Both the position numbers and the translations under genes were made by a program. Under the pieces are notes generated by a model, which was not told where the DNA came from, did no database searches, and saw only the letters and a program-made list of their open reading frames with translations. From NCBI GenBank assembly GCA_011109175.1, contig RDEW01000041.1:1-64000 (forward strand): a stretch of 64,000 nucleotides of DNA. Reading direction: 5' to 3'. Source of the stretch: Dicyema japonicum (taxonomy: Eukaryota > Animalia > Dicyemida). Shown here one piece after another: positions 13,341 through 24,642 of the stretch (its first letter is position 1; each line of letters starts with the position of its first letter).

Positions 13341-13678
13341 CCTTGTGGGGAAACACCTGACGCCACCGTTTTAGGTGGACCACATGACGTCAATCACGCA
13401 CGTTACCATTCAATAATAGATTACGCATATTCAACGCTTAGTGCAATATATTTTGGGAAAGATGAAAAAGGGGTCGAACAATATTTGGAGGAGAGATTTT
13501 TGGAAAGCGACCTAACTAAAATTATTAATATGGAATGTAAAAATGTCTCTCCTAAAGATTATTCGTTCTTCTAAATTTTCAGCCATCCTCGGAATCTGTC
13601 GAAAGATGTTTTTTTCGCAATTCAAAAGTTTTTTGAGGACAAACAGGGTTGAGGTGGTGACGTCCCTCTATAGCACAT

Positions 13679-15660
13679 ATGTCTAATACGTATTTGAATA
13701 ATCCTTTCTGGTTTTCTACCCTTACCTTCAATGCCAGGGGCCTTAATGACTGGTCGAAGAGGCACCAACTATGTCTGGACCTTGCAAAATATGGATGCTC
13801 TGTTTGCTGTCTCCAAGAGACGAAGCTCAGAAAAGGACTCGATGAAAACCTTGGAGACTACAGACTAACTCTCCTTCCATCGTACTGTAAACACTATGGA
13901 CAGGGTTTCGCTGTTCACAAGAATTTGCTCCCCAGATTACATCGATATTGGAAAATTGATGACAGGATATGTGTTATTCAACTTCTTATTGGACCCAAAG
14001 GGAATTCCAGGCAACTAATTTCCATTGTGAACGTGTACGCCCCACATAGTGGCCGTGTTTCCAAAAACCCAGAGGAATTGGACGTTTTCTACGAAGAACT
14101 TGTCGAGGTCGTATCTTCTCTGAAGTTTTCATCGTTCCTCTTTATCGCTGGTGATTGGAATGCTAAAGCTGGGGTACATCAAGGACACGAACGTTTTATT
14201 GGACCACATGGAAGGGGGATCAGGAACTATTCTGGTACTGCTCTGGCATATTTCTGCGAATCCTTTGATTTATTCCTGTGCAATACTCAATTCCAACATT
14301 CCGCACGCCACAAGACAACGTGGATGGGCACTAGACTATCGACCACCGGAAATCTGATAAGGATTTATAATCAGATCGATTATATTCTGTGTCGAGTAAA
14401 AGACAAATCTCTCTTACGGGACTCGAGATCTTATGGAGGACTAACTGTTAACAGTGATCACAAAATTGTGTCAGCAAGATTCAGCTTAAGACTTGGTCCA
14501 ACTGCGGAGGAGTTCCTCTACGGGATAACTAATAGAAGATGCTTCTTCCAACACATCGTGGGTGGAGATTCCACGCGATCAAGAAGGTATATGACTGAAC
14601 TCTTGGGCTCTTCACCAAAAGTACAAGCAGACTATAAAGAATGTGTATCGGATTCAATTAATAATACGGCATCGGATCTTTCACCAGGAAAGGCATGGCT
14701 CGAAACTATGAGAGGGATCATTTCCGCTGCTGACAAACATTTGGGGGAACTTAAACCCCATAGCAGTCAGCGTCACCCGGAAGTGTCAGCCCTATTGAAT
14801 TTGCAGAAGAACTTAAGGCTTAGATCCGAAAATACTGTCGATCCTCAGACTGTTTGCAAACTGAAACAAGAACGAAGGCAAATTGAGAGAAAAATCAAAC
14901 TCCTAAACAGACTACATCACACTAGTCAGTTGGAAAGCAAGATCAGAGAGGTAGAAAACCTTAAAGACAATGCTGCGACATTCATGGCTATACGACTAAT
15001 ACGGAGGAAGAGCCAATCAGTGAAACTTATTTTGCATGACAGAAATGGAAAAACAATAGGAAATGTTGGAGAACAGACAGAGTTCATAGCATCGCATATT
15101 GAACAACTGTTCTTTGTAAAAGGAGAAAAATCAGATTTCACGCGGTTGTATGAGGCGTTCGTGAGGCCCATATTAACATACAACTCTGGGACGTGGGGAA
15201 TTTCGAAAACGGACGAACAAAACCTTGACTCCTTTCACAGAAGGCAACTTCGGTCTCTCTTGGGACTAAAGTGGCCAATGCGTGTAGGGAGTGAAAATTT
15301 ATATAGAAGATGCGGTTCCGAACCTCTGAGCACCATGATCATGAAGGCTCGCTAGAGATTGTTTGGCCATATTCTCAGATTGGAACAAGACACGCCAGCA
15401 AACGTCGTCATGGAAGAATACTTCGATACGTCAGGGGAGAAGTTCAGAGGTCGTCCAAGAATAACTCTTCCGGAAGTCCTTAATGGTGACCTGAGATCAG
15501 TAACCAGACTACTAAAGGACGGTGAAGACCTTAGTAGTCTGCGGCACTTGGCATCGGACAGGAGGGGATGGGAAAGGCTAATTAAGAGGATTGTTCAGAC
15601 GCGGCACGAATAGAATTATAGTTTATATGATTCTATGTAGTTGCTTAATAATAATAATAA
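13679..15660 (+). mobile_element. RTE-clade LINE derivative: intact APE endonuclease ORF with the RT domain deleted in frame
   Basis: The 558-aa ORF has FNARG, LQETK, NVYAP, GDWN, IDYI and SDH. It jumps at about 15141 to the post-RT RLYEAFVRPILTYNSGTW. There is one TAG in AR(W)RLFGH and a (TAA)n tail. Confidence 0.9.
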
Positions 15661-16199
15661 ACAGAAACTTTTGTACACAAAATCTGGAAAATTACGTAAT
15701 TTCCATTTTCAATAAATATTCTTTAAAACAACAGTTGTCTTTAATTGTTTCGTATATTTTACAAGTTTAAATCGAGGATTGAATAAATTTATTACTTAAG
15801 AAAATTAACGAGTAAATTAAGCGGATTTTAATCCAGATTGCTGGTAATCCCTCTTCTTCTCTTAGAAGAAGAATGTGCCATAAACCCCCTGTTGTTCACC
15901 ATCTCCACATCAGATTCAGTCGAAATATTTCTTTTAGAGTCCAGTGGGCTATCCTCATACTCTGATAACCCTTGGGATTAACGATACTGAATCATTGGTC
16001 TCATTATGTAATTTGTACTAAAAATAGGATTTTTTCTTAGAAATTTATTTTAAAGAATAGCCAATTTCCAAAGGTCGACTGTCTTGAAATGCTGGTTAAG
16101 TCATCAGTTTCAAGGATCACGTTACTTAATGATTATTGCATTAATCAATAAAACTATTCGTTAACAAACTAAATGCATAAATGAGTTATTAATTTAACA

Positions 16200-16299
16200 A
16201 AATTCTAATAAAGTTTACTTTACTCATGGGCGGTGGAAATTTTTGGATAGGCGGTGATATTTCAAAATGGGCGGCCGGAATAAAGGTTGAGAACCACTG
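16200..16299 (-). mobile_element. hAT-type terminal inverted repeat and subterminal region
   Basis: The minus strand begins CAGTGGTTCTCAACC; the same 15-mer ends at 34512. Confidence 0.65.
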
Positions 16300-16329
16300 C
16301 TTTAGATAATGATTCTCCCAATAAAGAAA

Positions 16330-16745
16330 AACTTCTCTCAATATGTAGAAGGACACCTGTTAATATACTTCTCATAATCGAGAGCCAAATGTTCTGGAAA
16401 AGCCATCGTGTACATCTAAGCTTACCCTTCGGCTGTCCTACAACATGATAAACTCAGACGTCATCAGGCCAATAATGCCAGACACCTCAATGGAGATCAG
16501 CTGGAAGGCAAAAAGGTCCCAATTCCGAGGTACTTCCTCTTTTTCAAATCTTTATCAGTGCGGAACCCACACGCAACGATGACTTGGGCAAATTCCCATT
16601 AGAGAAAGTGTTTCTGCACTTTGAATCCAAAACAAGACACCTCCCTTGGCTTCATGGCATGGTTATTACGCCATCCGGCCTCTTGCCATCACCTTTATCA
16701 GGACCGACGGGTTCCAGAAGATAAGTCGATAGCTCTCATGGCAGT
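16330..16745 (-). mobile_element. CRE-clade retrotransposon restriction-like endonuclease fragment
   Basis: EPVGPDKGDGKRPDGV..CLVLD, nearly collinear with 36560-36960. Confidence 0.8.
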
Positions 16746-16885
16746 CGAGTTTAGATATAACACAATCAGATTAATCAACGAGCATAATATCAATTTAGAT
16801 TAAGCTTATCACTAATCCTTATATCAATAGTGCTGACGATAAAATATCCATTCTCTTAAGGTTTATTCTTCGTTGAGTGTTAGTT

Positions 16886-17453
16886 ATGAATTGTGACAAC
16901 ATTGAACCCAAAGAAAAGTGTTCGATATGCCAAAAGGAGTTCTCCACATTGAAGGGACTCAAACAACACAGTAACATACATCAAACCTACAAACCTTATT
17001 TGTGCAAAGTACCCTCGTTTCGAATACTCTTAGGTCTGCGGGAATGCCTACACTCAGTATTCTAATCTCTGCCGGCACAGAAAAATACACGACGCTAAAA
17101 ATGACTTAAAACCTCGTCTTCTGGAGAATCAAAAAAGCGAGCCAATTAGTGAAGTTGAAATTTGGTAATTTTAGGAAATTTTAAGAAACTTCGAAAAATA
17201 CCAATTTGCCAAGAACATTGTTGCCGGTTTGTGGAATTGTGGGGGCAACAACAGTTTATTTATGAGCTATTACCTAATGTGGTTAAAAATGATGGTTTCA
17301 AATTATCTTCTAAACTATCCACGACAGAGAGAAAAGGATAATTTAGTTTGCAAATTCTGTCACAAAAAGTATTCAAACTTGTCGAATTTGAATCGACATA
17401 TTAAAAATATCCAAAAATATTTAATGTTGATAAAACAATTAATCCTTATTTAG
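16886..17453 (+). CDS. compact MECOM/PRDM16 (Hamlet/EGL-43)-like C2H2 zinc-finger protein; possibly a pseudogene
   Basis: After a 25-nt intron (17009-17033): CSICQKEFSTLKGLKQHSNIHQTYKPYLCKVCGNAYTQYSNLCRHRKIH, close to Evi1 [37 protein letters not shown]. A third finger, CKFCHKKYSNLSNLNRHIKNIQ, resembles Evi1 SNLQRHVRNIH but lacks the last His. Middle splicing is uncertain. Confidence 0.65.
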
Positions 17454-17542
17454 AGATTATTTTAATATTTCCGGAATATATTTTTAAAATATTTCTTACT
17501 TTATAATTGAACTTTTTTAAGGATTAAATCTAAGAGGATTTC

Positions 17543-17850
17543 GCCACATGGCGCCATGTGGTGCTACGTGGCTAATTGGTTAAAGTTTTCTGTTTGCTTG
17601 TCTATTCCTCCTCTCTCTTCCTATTAGAGTCATGTGATCTACCTGTCAGGTGTCTGGCTGGCACGAAAAAGGATTATTTGCTTTCCCCCACTCCACTGGA
17701 GGGGTTTCCACAACTGCAAGTATAAACGTCTTTTACCATTTAAGTTGATTTCGGATAGACTCTGTTTCTGTAGAAGTGGAAACTGAATAAGCTTGATTAG
17801 TTTTTACTTTAACTCCTTTCTCGGTGTATCCGGGCTTAAAAAAAGATTAT
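17543..17850 (+). mobile_element. SINE family 2 copy abutting a LINE 5' region
   Basis: Full-length homologue of 26408-26727, with hairpin head and LINE-like tail TTTCTCGGTGTATCCGGG followed by an A-run. Confidence 0.8.
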
Positions 17851-17859
17851 CCTTCCCCC

Positions 17860-20300
17860 CTATTGGCCTGCCTCACCCAACTTGGTGGAAGCCCTGCTGA
17901 TGCTTTCTGGAGATATAAACCCACTTCCAGGTCCACCAAAAACCCTCGTCCTCTTACAACTAAACATTAACGGAATAAGATGGAAGGTCCTGGAGCTCAG
18001 AGACCATCTGAAAAAACAGGACACAGACATTTGCCTATTTCAAGAAACAAGACTGTATTCCCAGGCTACAACATTATTCGACGTGACCGCCCTTCTGGCT
18101 GCGGAGGTAGAGTCATCACACTAATCAAGAAGGAAATCCCTTTCACGGAGAGAGCACACCTCTACTTCCCCATCCCATTGAAAAAATCACAATTTCAACC
18201 AACATTGGATGCCTCAATATATTGAACCTTTATGTACCTCCCGGTGCGTGCCCCCAAAAGATACAGCTTCTCATTGCCAGACCTGAACGCGAAACATCCG
18301 ATGTGGTTCAAATCCAACCGGAAGACACCAGGGGAATTCACCTGACGTCGACGCTGAATCAACTTGTGATATTAAACAATCACATTCAATACAAGAACCC
18401 CTTACAGAGCAAACGACAGAACTTCCTTACTCTACCTGACGTTTGCTTCTCCAAAAATTGCCGCCCTAATCAATTGGTCAGTGTCATACGACACTATCAG
18501 TGACCATAACCTCATTGTCAGGTTCAAACGAAGATTGTCCATTGAAAGGAAACAGTGTTACGGACAGACTACAAAAATGTAGACGAGTTTTTTTCACAAT
18601 TCGTCGACTATAACTTGCATGGTTTTGACCTAACAATTTCAACGCTCTCGATAACGCTTTAATCTACTTCAATGGTGTACTGCGTAAGGGCATGAGGACT
18701 TTTATCAAAAGAAAGCCAGTCCACTTCACGAAGAAGCCTTCCCGCGCACCCGACTCACGAAAGAAAGAAATTGCCCAAAAAGCTTACATAAACAATCTTG
18801 GGAAACCAGGGCGAGGATCCGATCCTTGGAGAGAGATCAGATACAAGACTAAGATTAAACAGGAAAGAGACTGACCTTATGTACACCTTAAATAAACACT
18901 CCTCCCTTACGGGGATGTGGAATACTCTTCGGGGCTTTACCAACTCTTTAAGACCGCCTCCTTGCGAAGACCTAGAGAACAAGAACTTTTTAAACAAGAT
19001 TATAAAAATTTACTCATCTGTGAGCTTTATCCCACACCATTAGGAATTCGATTTCTACTGATGGAAATTATCCCATATTAGGCCCGTTTTAAAACCTGGA
19101 CGTCCGAAGGACTCACCAGTTTCGTACAGACCAATATCCCTCCTGTGTGGCACCTCCAAAATTCAGGAAATCTCATTCTCAATCAGATTAAACCTTACAT
19201 CCCAGACATATCCTTCCAACATGAATTTAAGAAGGCTCGTTCCACAACTACCTTCCTACCTGACAAAATTCATCAAGGAAGGCCTTTAAAGCAAACCTCG
19301 GCATCAAAAGACCATTATGTGTTCCATTCACATACAGAAGGCCTTTGACTCAATACCGAGGAAACTGCTCATTGGGAAGATCTATGGCTCTAACATTTTC
19401 AACAACCTGAAAATTTGGCTCGCTAACTTTCTCAACGGACAAAGAGGAAGAGTAATCTCCCATTCCACATCTTCAATCACTAAATTTCTATCAAACGGGG
19501 TCCTGCAAGGAGACCCCTCTCTCCGATTCTCTTCAACCTATTTTTGAGCGACATGCCTTCCTATGGTTGCGACGATACCTTATTCCTTTCTTACGCCGAC
19601 GACTTAATCCTGGGAACAAAAAGACCAATGCATCCACACAGCGAGTACCCACTTACAAAATTCACTGGATAACTTGAACTATTGGCTTACGAGGAACCAA
19701 CTACACACGTCTTGAAAAGTCGTGCTCTATGATTATTACTTCCAACAGAAGATTGACTAACTCGGCGCCTCCATTGACCCTAAATGGAACAACAATCTCC
19801 TCCACAAATTCAACCAAAATACTGGGGGTCACACATGACCCACTAATAACCTTTAGCAAACATGTGAGCAACATAATCTCCTCTTCCCAGCGGAAATTAA
19901 ACTTTGTAAAACTCTACTTGGTTACTGCAAGAGATGGTTCCACCCAACAGTAGATCATATCTACTACCAATATGTACTTCCGTCAAGCAGTTACTGCTGC
20001 CAGGCATGGGGCACTAACATGTCCTATCAACCTAAAAAATAAATTACTTCCAAGAGATAGTACTAAGATCTTCCTCCTCGATATTAAAATCAATCCAGTT
20101 CGAGGAACTTGTGAGGAGTACGGGAACTCTGCCAAAACCTCTAAACCTCCAAAAAGTCATTCGTCCACACCAGAAGTGTGTCGGCACTCGAAGTGAACAC
20201 CGAAGAAAGATAAAGCGGCTGTTCAAGGAGGCCGGGATCATCTGACGGCCCCTACACTCTTTTGTTTTGTCGGTGATTCTTTGTGCTAAATAAATAAATC
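17860..20300 (+). mobile_element. near full-length degenerate GIT-stop LINE (2A-like leader, APE, RT, 3' structure)
   Basis: LLMLSGDINPLPGP, then LQLNINGI..FQETRL (APE); QKAFDSIPR, GVLQGDP and SYADD (RT). Ends KRLFKEAGII-stop and (TAAA)n. Confidence 0.9.
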
Positions 20301-20639
20301 TTCAAAGGGGGTTTCTAGTAATCCTCCTTACATAACCTCTTGCAATATTAAGGATCCGCGTTTCTTCCTTAAAACCCAATATTATTTTATTAGCATTTAA
20401 ATTAAAACTTAATATTTTCAAATTATTTCATTTTAAAACATTTTGTAGAAATTCAAGTTGAACACGTTTCTCTCCTAAGTCGAGAGATGGGGATATTTTA
20501 GAGTCTTTGGCTTTGAAAAAGTTATTTTATTAGTAAATTTAATGACTATAGTTTTGTAACTTTGAAAACTAAAATTAACTCTACTCATCAGTGTACAACT
20601 ATGTAAATAGCTCATAAGGAAAACCTTCCAGCCTTGTCC

Positions 20640-21320
20640 ACTGCCAATACTTCATTCCCTTGTCCTCTCAAGTCCACAAGGAGATACACGGTCCGGCCTT
20701 GTTCAGCCTATGAATTGACCGTATTATGGTATGTTGTTCTACTCATGAAAGTGTATTGCATCATGAGCGATCATTCAAAGAATGTGCTGGATTTTTTAAA
20801 AGTATAATGGTTCTACTAAAAACCCTATTTCTAACTCTGAAGATCTCAAAATGTGTCGCAGCCTGAATCGGACTCGATCTTTCCGATGTTCAGAGAGATC
20901 ATTTAGAAAACCACAGAAACCAAAGCTTATAAACTGGAAACACTTGAATGCCCCTTACAGAGCCTGGATTAAGTCACACTCTCAGAAACAAAGAACAACA
21001 ACTAAAAACAACATTCACACGCCTGGAGATTATGGACGCATATTCCTATCTATTCCTGTTGTGAAACGCCTTGTCAGCACAAAAAATTAAACAATTTTCT
21101 TTGGGGGAACCTTGCTACCTGAAAATATAACAGCTTAAATAGATCGATTCCCTAACGAACGTCTCAAGAACATTAAATTTGATGACCGATGGTGGAATCA
21201 AACAGCCTTACTTGTTCGCTTTGGTGGACTGGGAATCCTCTCATCCACGGAATTAGCACGCCCTACATATCTATCCTTCTTCAGCTTCAGTCAGCTGTTG
21301 ATCAATATGATTCTCTAACT
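20640..21320 (+). mobile_element. CRE-clade RT fragment
   Basis: PQGD/GPALFSL, FLL-NALS and WWNQTALLVRFGGLGILS. Confidence 0.7.
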
Positions 21321-21701
21321 CCCAACAGAATCTTCGAGATATAAGGTATCTGAAAGTCAGGCTGCCAATTATACCAACATAATAATTGATGATGTCTGCT
21401 TCACTAATTACCCACTGTTTTCCAGAATATTCTTCCCTTTAAAGAATTCATATAAAGCAGATTACCACCCTATATTTTATAACCCCAGGCTTACAATCTT
21501 TGATAAGCCCAGCACAAACAGTCACAGCTAATTAATCCAAAGAACCCAAGTGAGAATGCCTGTTGTGTCGACCAAATCTATTACATTCCATTACAAGCTT
21601 CCTAAGAAAGCTGGATAAGTAGGTTCATTCTTTAGCAGATTTTAACAACCAAATTAAAATGTTAATAAATAAAACCAAATTAAAAATGTTAATATATTAA
21701 A

Positions 21702-22836
21702 TTAAAAGGTGGGAATGTAATTATCAATCTTAGAAGTATTAGCGTGAGTAATACACTCACAAATCCAACTAATATTCCTTATTTCCTGTTCCTTCAGTCT
21801 CACAAACGAATAGAACACTCCAAAACTGAACTGTCTCATAAATGAGTTCACATTCAGACTGACTTCGTACTCCAACAACTTCTCTTCGAGGTCCTTATTA
21901 GGTCCAACCTCATCAAACAAGTTCTTGTATTCCTATCAATATATAACTCTCTCCACCAAGTAAACGTCGGCGACAGAACGAACATTCTCGTAACTGTCAG
22001 ACATGGCCAATTTCATGTATCCGAAAGGATAAAGTCGTCCACAATTTGCATATAACTTCATACGGTCATCCTTTGCCATTTCACTACGTCCAATTGAGTT
22101 TATGGTTATCAGAAAGGCTCGACGGTCTGCATCAAACTCGAGGATTTCGCCCATCACTTCGGCAGTGGTGGAATCCAGAGATTTCACAAACTTACTAAAG
22201 TCTTCCAAGTACGCCTTGTAGAGGGAGTTCCTTATAATTTCTATATTGGTTTCGTTCAGATCCTGTTCTGATAGACAGTCGGCAAAATAAGGCCCTAATA
22301 GTCTTCAAAACCAAATCTCACCCAAAGGAGTATCCACCATGATACTCCGGTAAAGATCCTCGGAAGAGGTGGCCAGATGTACGGCCCCCATTTCCATGAA
22401 ACTACCGAGAGGGTGACATTTTGGAAGAAGATCAGAAATCAAGACTTCGTGGACAATCCCAGTAATTAGTAAAACCACGTTGTCAATCATATATCCGTAT
22501 CTTCAACGTGAGCGATATTTTTACGTAATATAGTCCAAGAACTTTGAAAGGTCACCCGTGGCGTGGTTGCGGAGATAGTTAAACTGAGTCACGAAAGATT
22601 CCTGCATTCGGGACTCGATCTCACTGACGTTGAGGACGTCGGCGTTGCTGATGGCGTTGTGATAGTCGGACTCCTGAAGATGGAGTTTTACATCTATATA
22701 TGCTGACTGAAAGAAAACCCTCGAGTGATTCACACTGCATTATGTTCTGATAATCAGCACGTGTCAAGAGGCCCGACTTGAAACCCCGTACAATTCCCTC
22801 CAAGTAACCATATTCGACGTTAAATGTTGAGCTCAT
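21702..22836 (-). CDS. ATP6V0D1: V-type proton ATPase V0 subunit d, 5 exons, 344 aa
   Basis: Introns 22694-22718 (25 nt), 22501-22524 (24), 22295-22321 (27) and 21933-21956 (24) give a 1035-nt frame from [14 protein letters not shown] to KIDNYIPTF-stop. Confidence 0.97.
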
Positions 22837-22980
22837 TGATAATTAATACCACAAATTGTTGTTTTATCGATTTGAATTATAATTTTTTTATAATTACTTT
22901 TAAAAATTAAATATTTGCTTAGTTAATTTTCAGTATTTTTAATTTCCTTATTTGAATTTAATATTTTAAATTAGTTTTGG

Positions 22981-23215
22981 TTACGGGATAGAATCTCCTT
23001 ACTGTCCATTCCGGTAAAGGTTCTACGCATCCACGATGCTTTTTGATTGAAGAGTTACGCCGGCATCGTTGATTCATCAATGCCTGGCCGGATTGTCTTT
23101 TGGGATTCACACGCAAGCAAAAGAAAAGAAGAACGCTCTCGATGTCTTTTACTTATTTCTTGATTAATTAGCATAACTGTTGTTTCCTTCTTGATTAAGG
23201 TGTGTCTTTTCTAAG
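22981..23215 (+). mobile_element. divergent SINE family 1 copy
   Basis: Aligns to 9600-9810 (ACGGG..GAATCTC, GGTT..ACGCATC..ATGC, A-rich stretch, TAACTGTT). Confidence 0.65.
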
Positions 23216-23479
23216 TGGGGGTTTAAATATTGGAAACTTAATAATCTTTGGTGGAAGGGCTGATAAAAAATCTTTATTTTAAAGAACAACTGTAGAAAAA
23301 AATTTAAAGAAAATCGAAAGCTTTTATTTTACCTCTACCAAACTCTGCAGAAGTTATCTAAGTTATGATAGGACATTTATTCCTTCTTATAAGCCTGAAG
23401 GAAGATACAGGTCATTAACGGTACTTCATAAGGTTATTTGGAATTAAATTAAAATTATTTCCAAAGACCAAGAGTAACC

Positions 23480-23735
23480 AAACTAACTATCTCCTCGATC
23501 CTGACTTGTTCTAGCATTCCAGAACTTGGCACCTGGTAACGACGTTGTCCCCGGGGAAGAATTGTTGGATCCTCTTGATGCCGGCCAGGCATTGGGTGCC
23601 TCCTCAGTAAGGTGGATCCAGTGATGCCATCGGAAGGAAGGAAAATAATTTTGACAAACTATCCACGTAGCACCACATTGTGCCACGCGGAGTTGAACCT
23701 AAATTACTGTCTGTGATAGGCATCATGAGGTTTTA
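23480..23735 (-). mobile_element. tRNA-derived SINE-like element with the family-2 hairpin and a different body
   Basis: B-box-like AGGTTCAACTCC (23689-23700) directly precedes GCGTGGCACAATGTGGTGCTACGTGG. Confidence 0.55.
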
Positions 23736-23824
23736 TTATAATTTTTATAATTTTTTGTTTTATTATCATTTTTATAAAAGCTTCTAGGATGAGCATAATA
23801 GTGCAATTGGTCTGTACAAAGAAG

Positions 23825-23957
23825 AGTCGCTCTTGAGAATTGGGCGTATGTTGAATTGTTTCCAAATGTCTGGAATTTGGCTATGATTTATTGAAAAGTT
23901 AAAGATGTTCCGGAGCGCTTCAATTCCAATTGGGCCAAGATGTTTGAGCAGAATAGA
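23825..23957 (-). mobile_element. short GIT-stop LINE RT fragment
   Basis: Near-identical reverse complement of about 48700-48815. Confidence 0.8.
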
Positions 23958-24115
23958 CGGATTAGTTTGGTTTTACCATGGTCATTTAATTTAATTTATT
24001 TTTTTAGGAATTTTTCCTTAAGTACATACAAATGAACTTATATTTCCATAATTTTAAAACTATCAAATTATTTAAATAATTTTTATTATTTGAAACTCGT
24101 GAATTGTTGTGTGGA

Positions 24116-24642
24116 ATGGATGGTCACTCACAAAGAAAAAATTTAGCTGAAAGGGTACATGAATTAACTTAAAATTCCAAGTCAAAACTAACCCCGGCAG
24201 AACAAGAAATTGTAAATAGTTTTATGAAGGATAACCTCAGGAAAATATCTTTTCCTGTCACCATGATTGTAGGCTGTTCTGTTATCTACGCCAAATCAAT
24301 AGGTAGAATAAATTGGAGTTACCCTCGAATACTTTTGGGAACTGCCGGTTCTCCCAGTTTATGATTTTAGCGTTTTTCATGTGCACAAATTTTGTATCAT
24401 TTACTTTGAGAATGAAGCAACTCCAGGAGAGATTATTGATTGTCCCTGAAGGACGTTATAGGAAGTTAATGGAAAATGAACGATTGCTTACGAACAAGAT
24501 ACATCCTGAATTCAAAAATTTAGATCATTCTGAATATTCTCACTATCAAGAAGACAATAAACAGGACTACTACGAACCCCATCCTTCACAGAATATGAAG
24601 GGGAAACGTATTAATAAATATGGTGATGTTTTGGATGATTAA
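24116..24642 (+). CDS. OCIA-domain protein (OCIAD1/Asrij-like)
   Basis: Introns 24155-24181 (27 nt) and 24348-24370 (23 nt) give an open frame: LTPAEQEIV, two hydrophobic segments, and the C-terminus KRINKYGDVLDD (OCIAD1 has VKVNKYGDTWDE). Confidence 0.65.

Noticed and set aside
13245-13574. 109-aa ORF upstream of the RTE
   Set aside because: The first third is antisense LINE RT and the rest has no motif I recognise; left unannotated.
13628-13655. About 21/25 match to DGAT1 coding sequence near 27960
   Set aside because: Short and imperfect; expected by chance in an AT-rich 64-kb self-comparison.
23555-23625. HDV-like pieces on the plus strand (TGGATCC/GGATCCA, GCCTCCTC)
   Set aside because: No downstream strand to form P2, the loop is too long, and it is antisense to the B-box.
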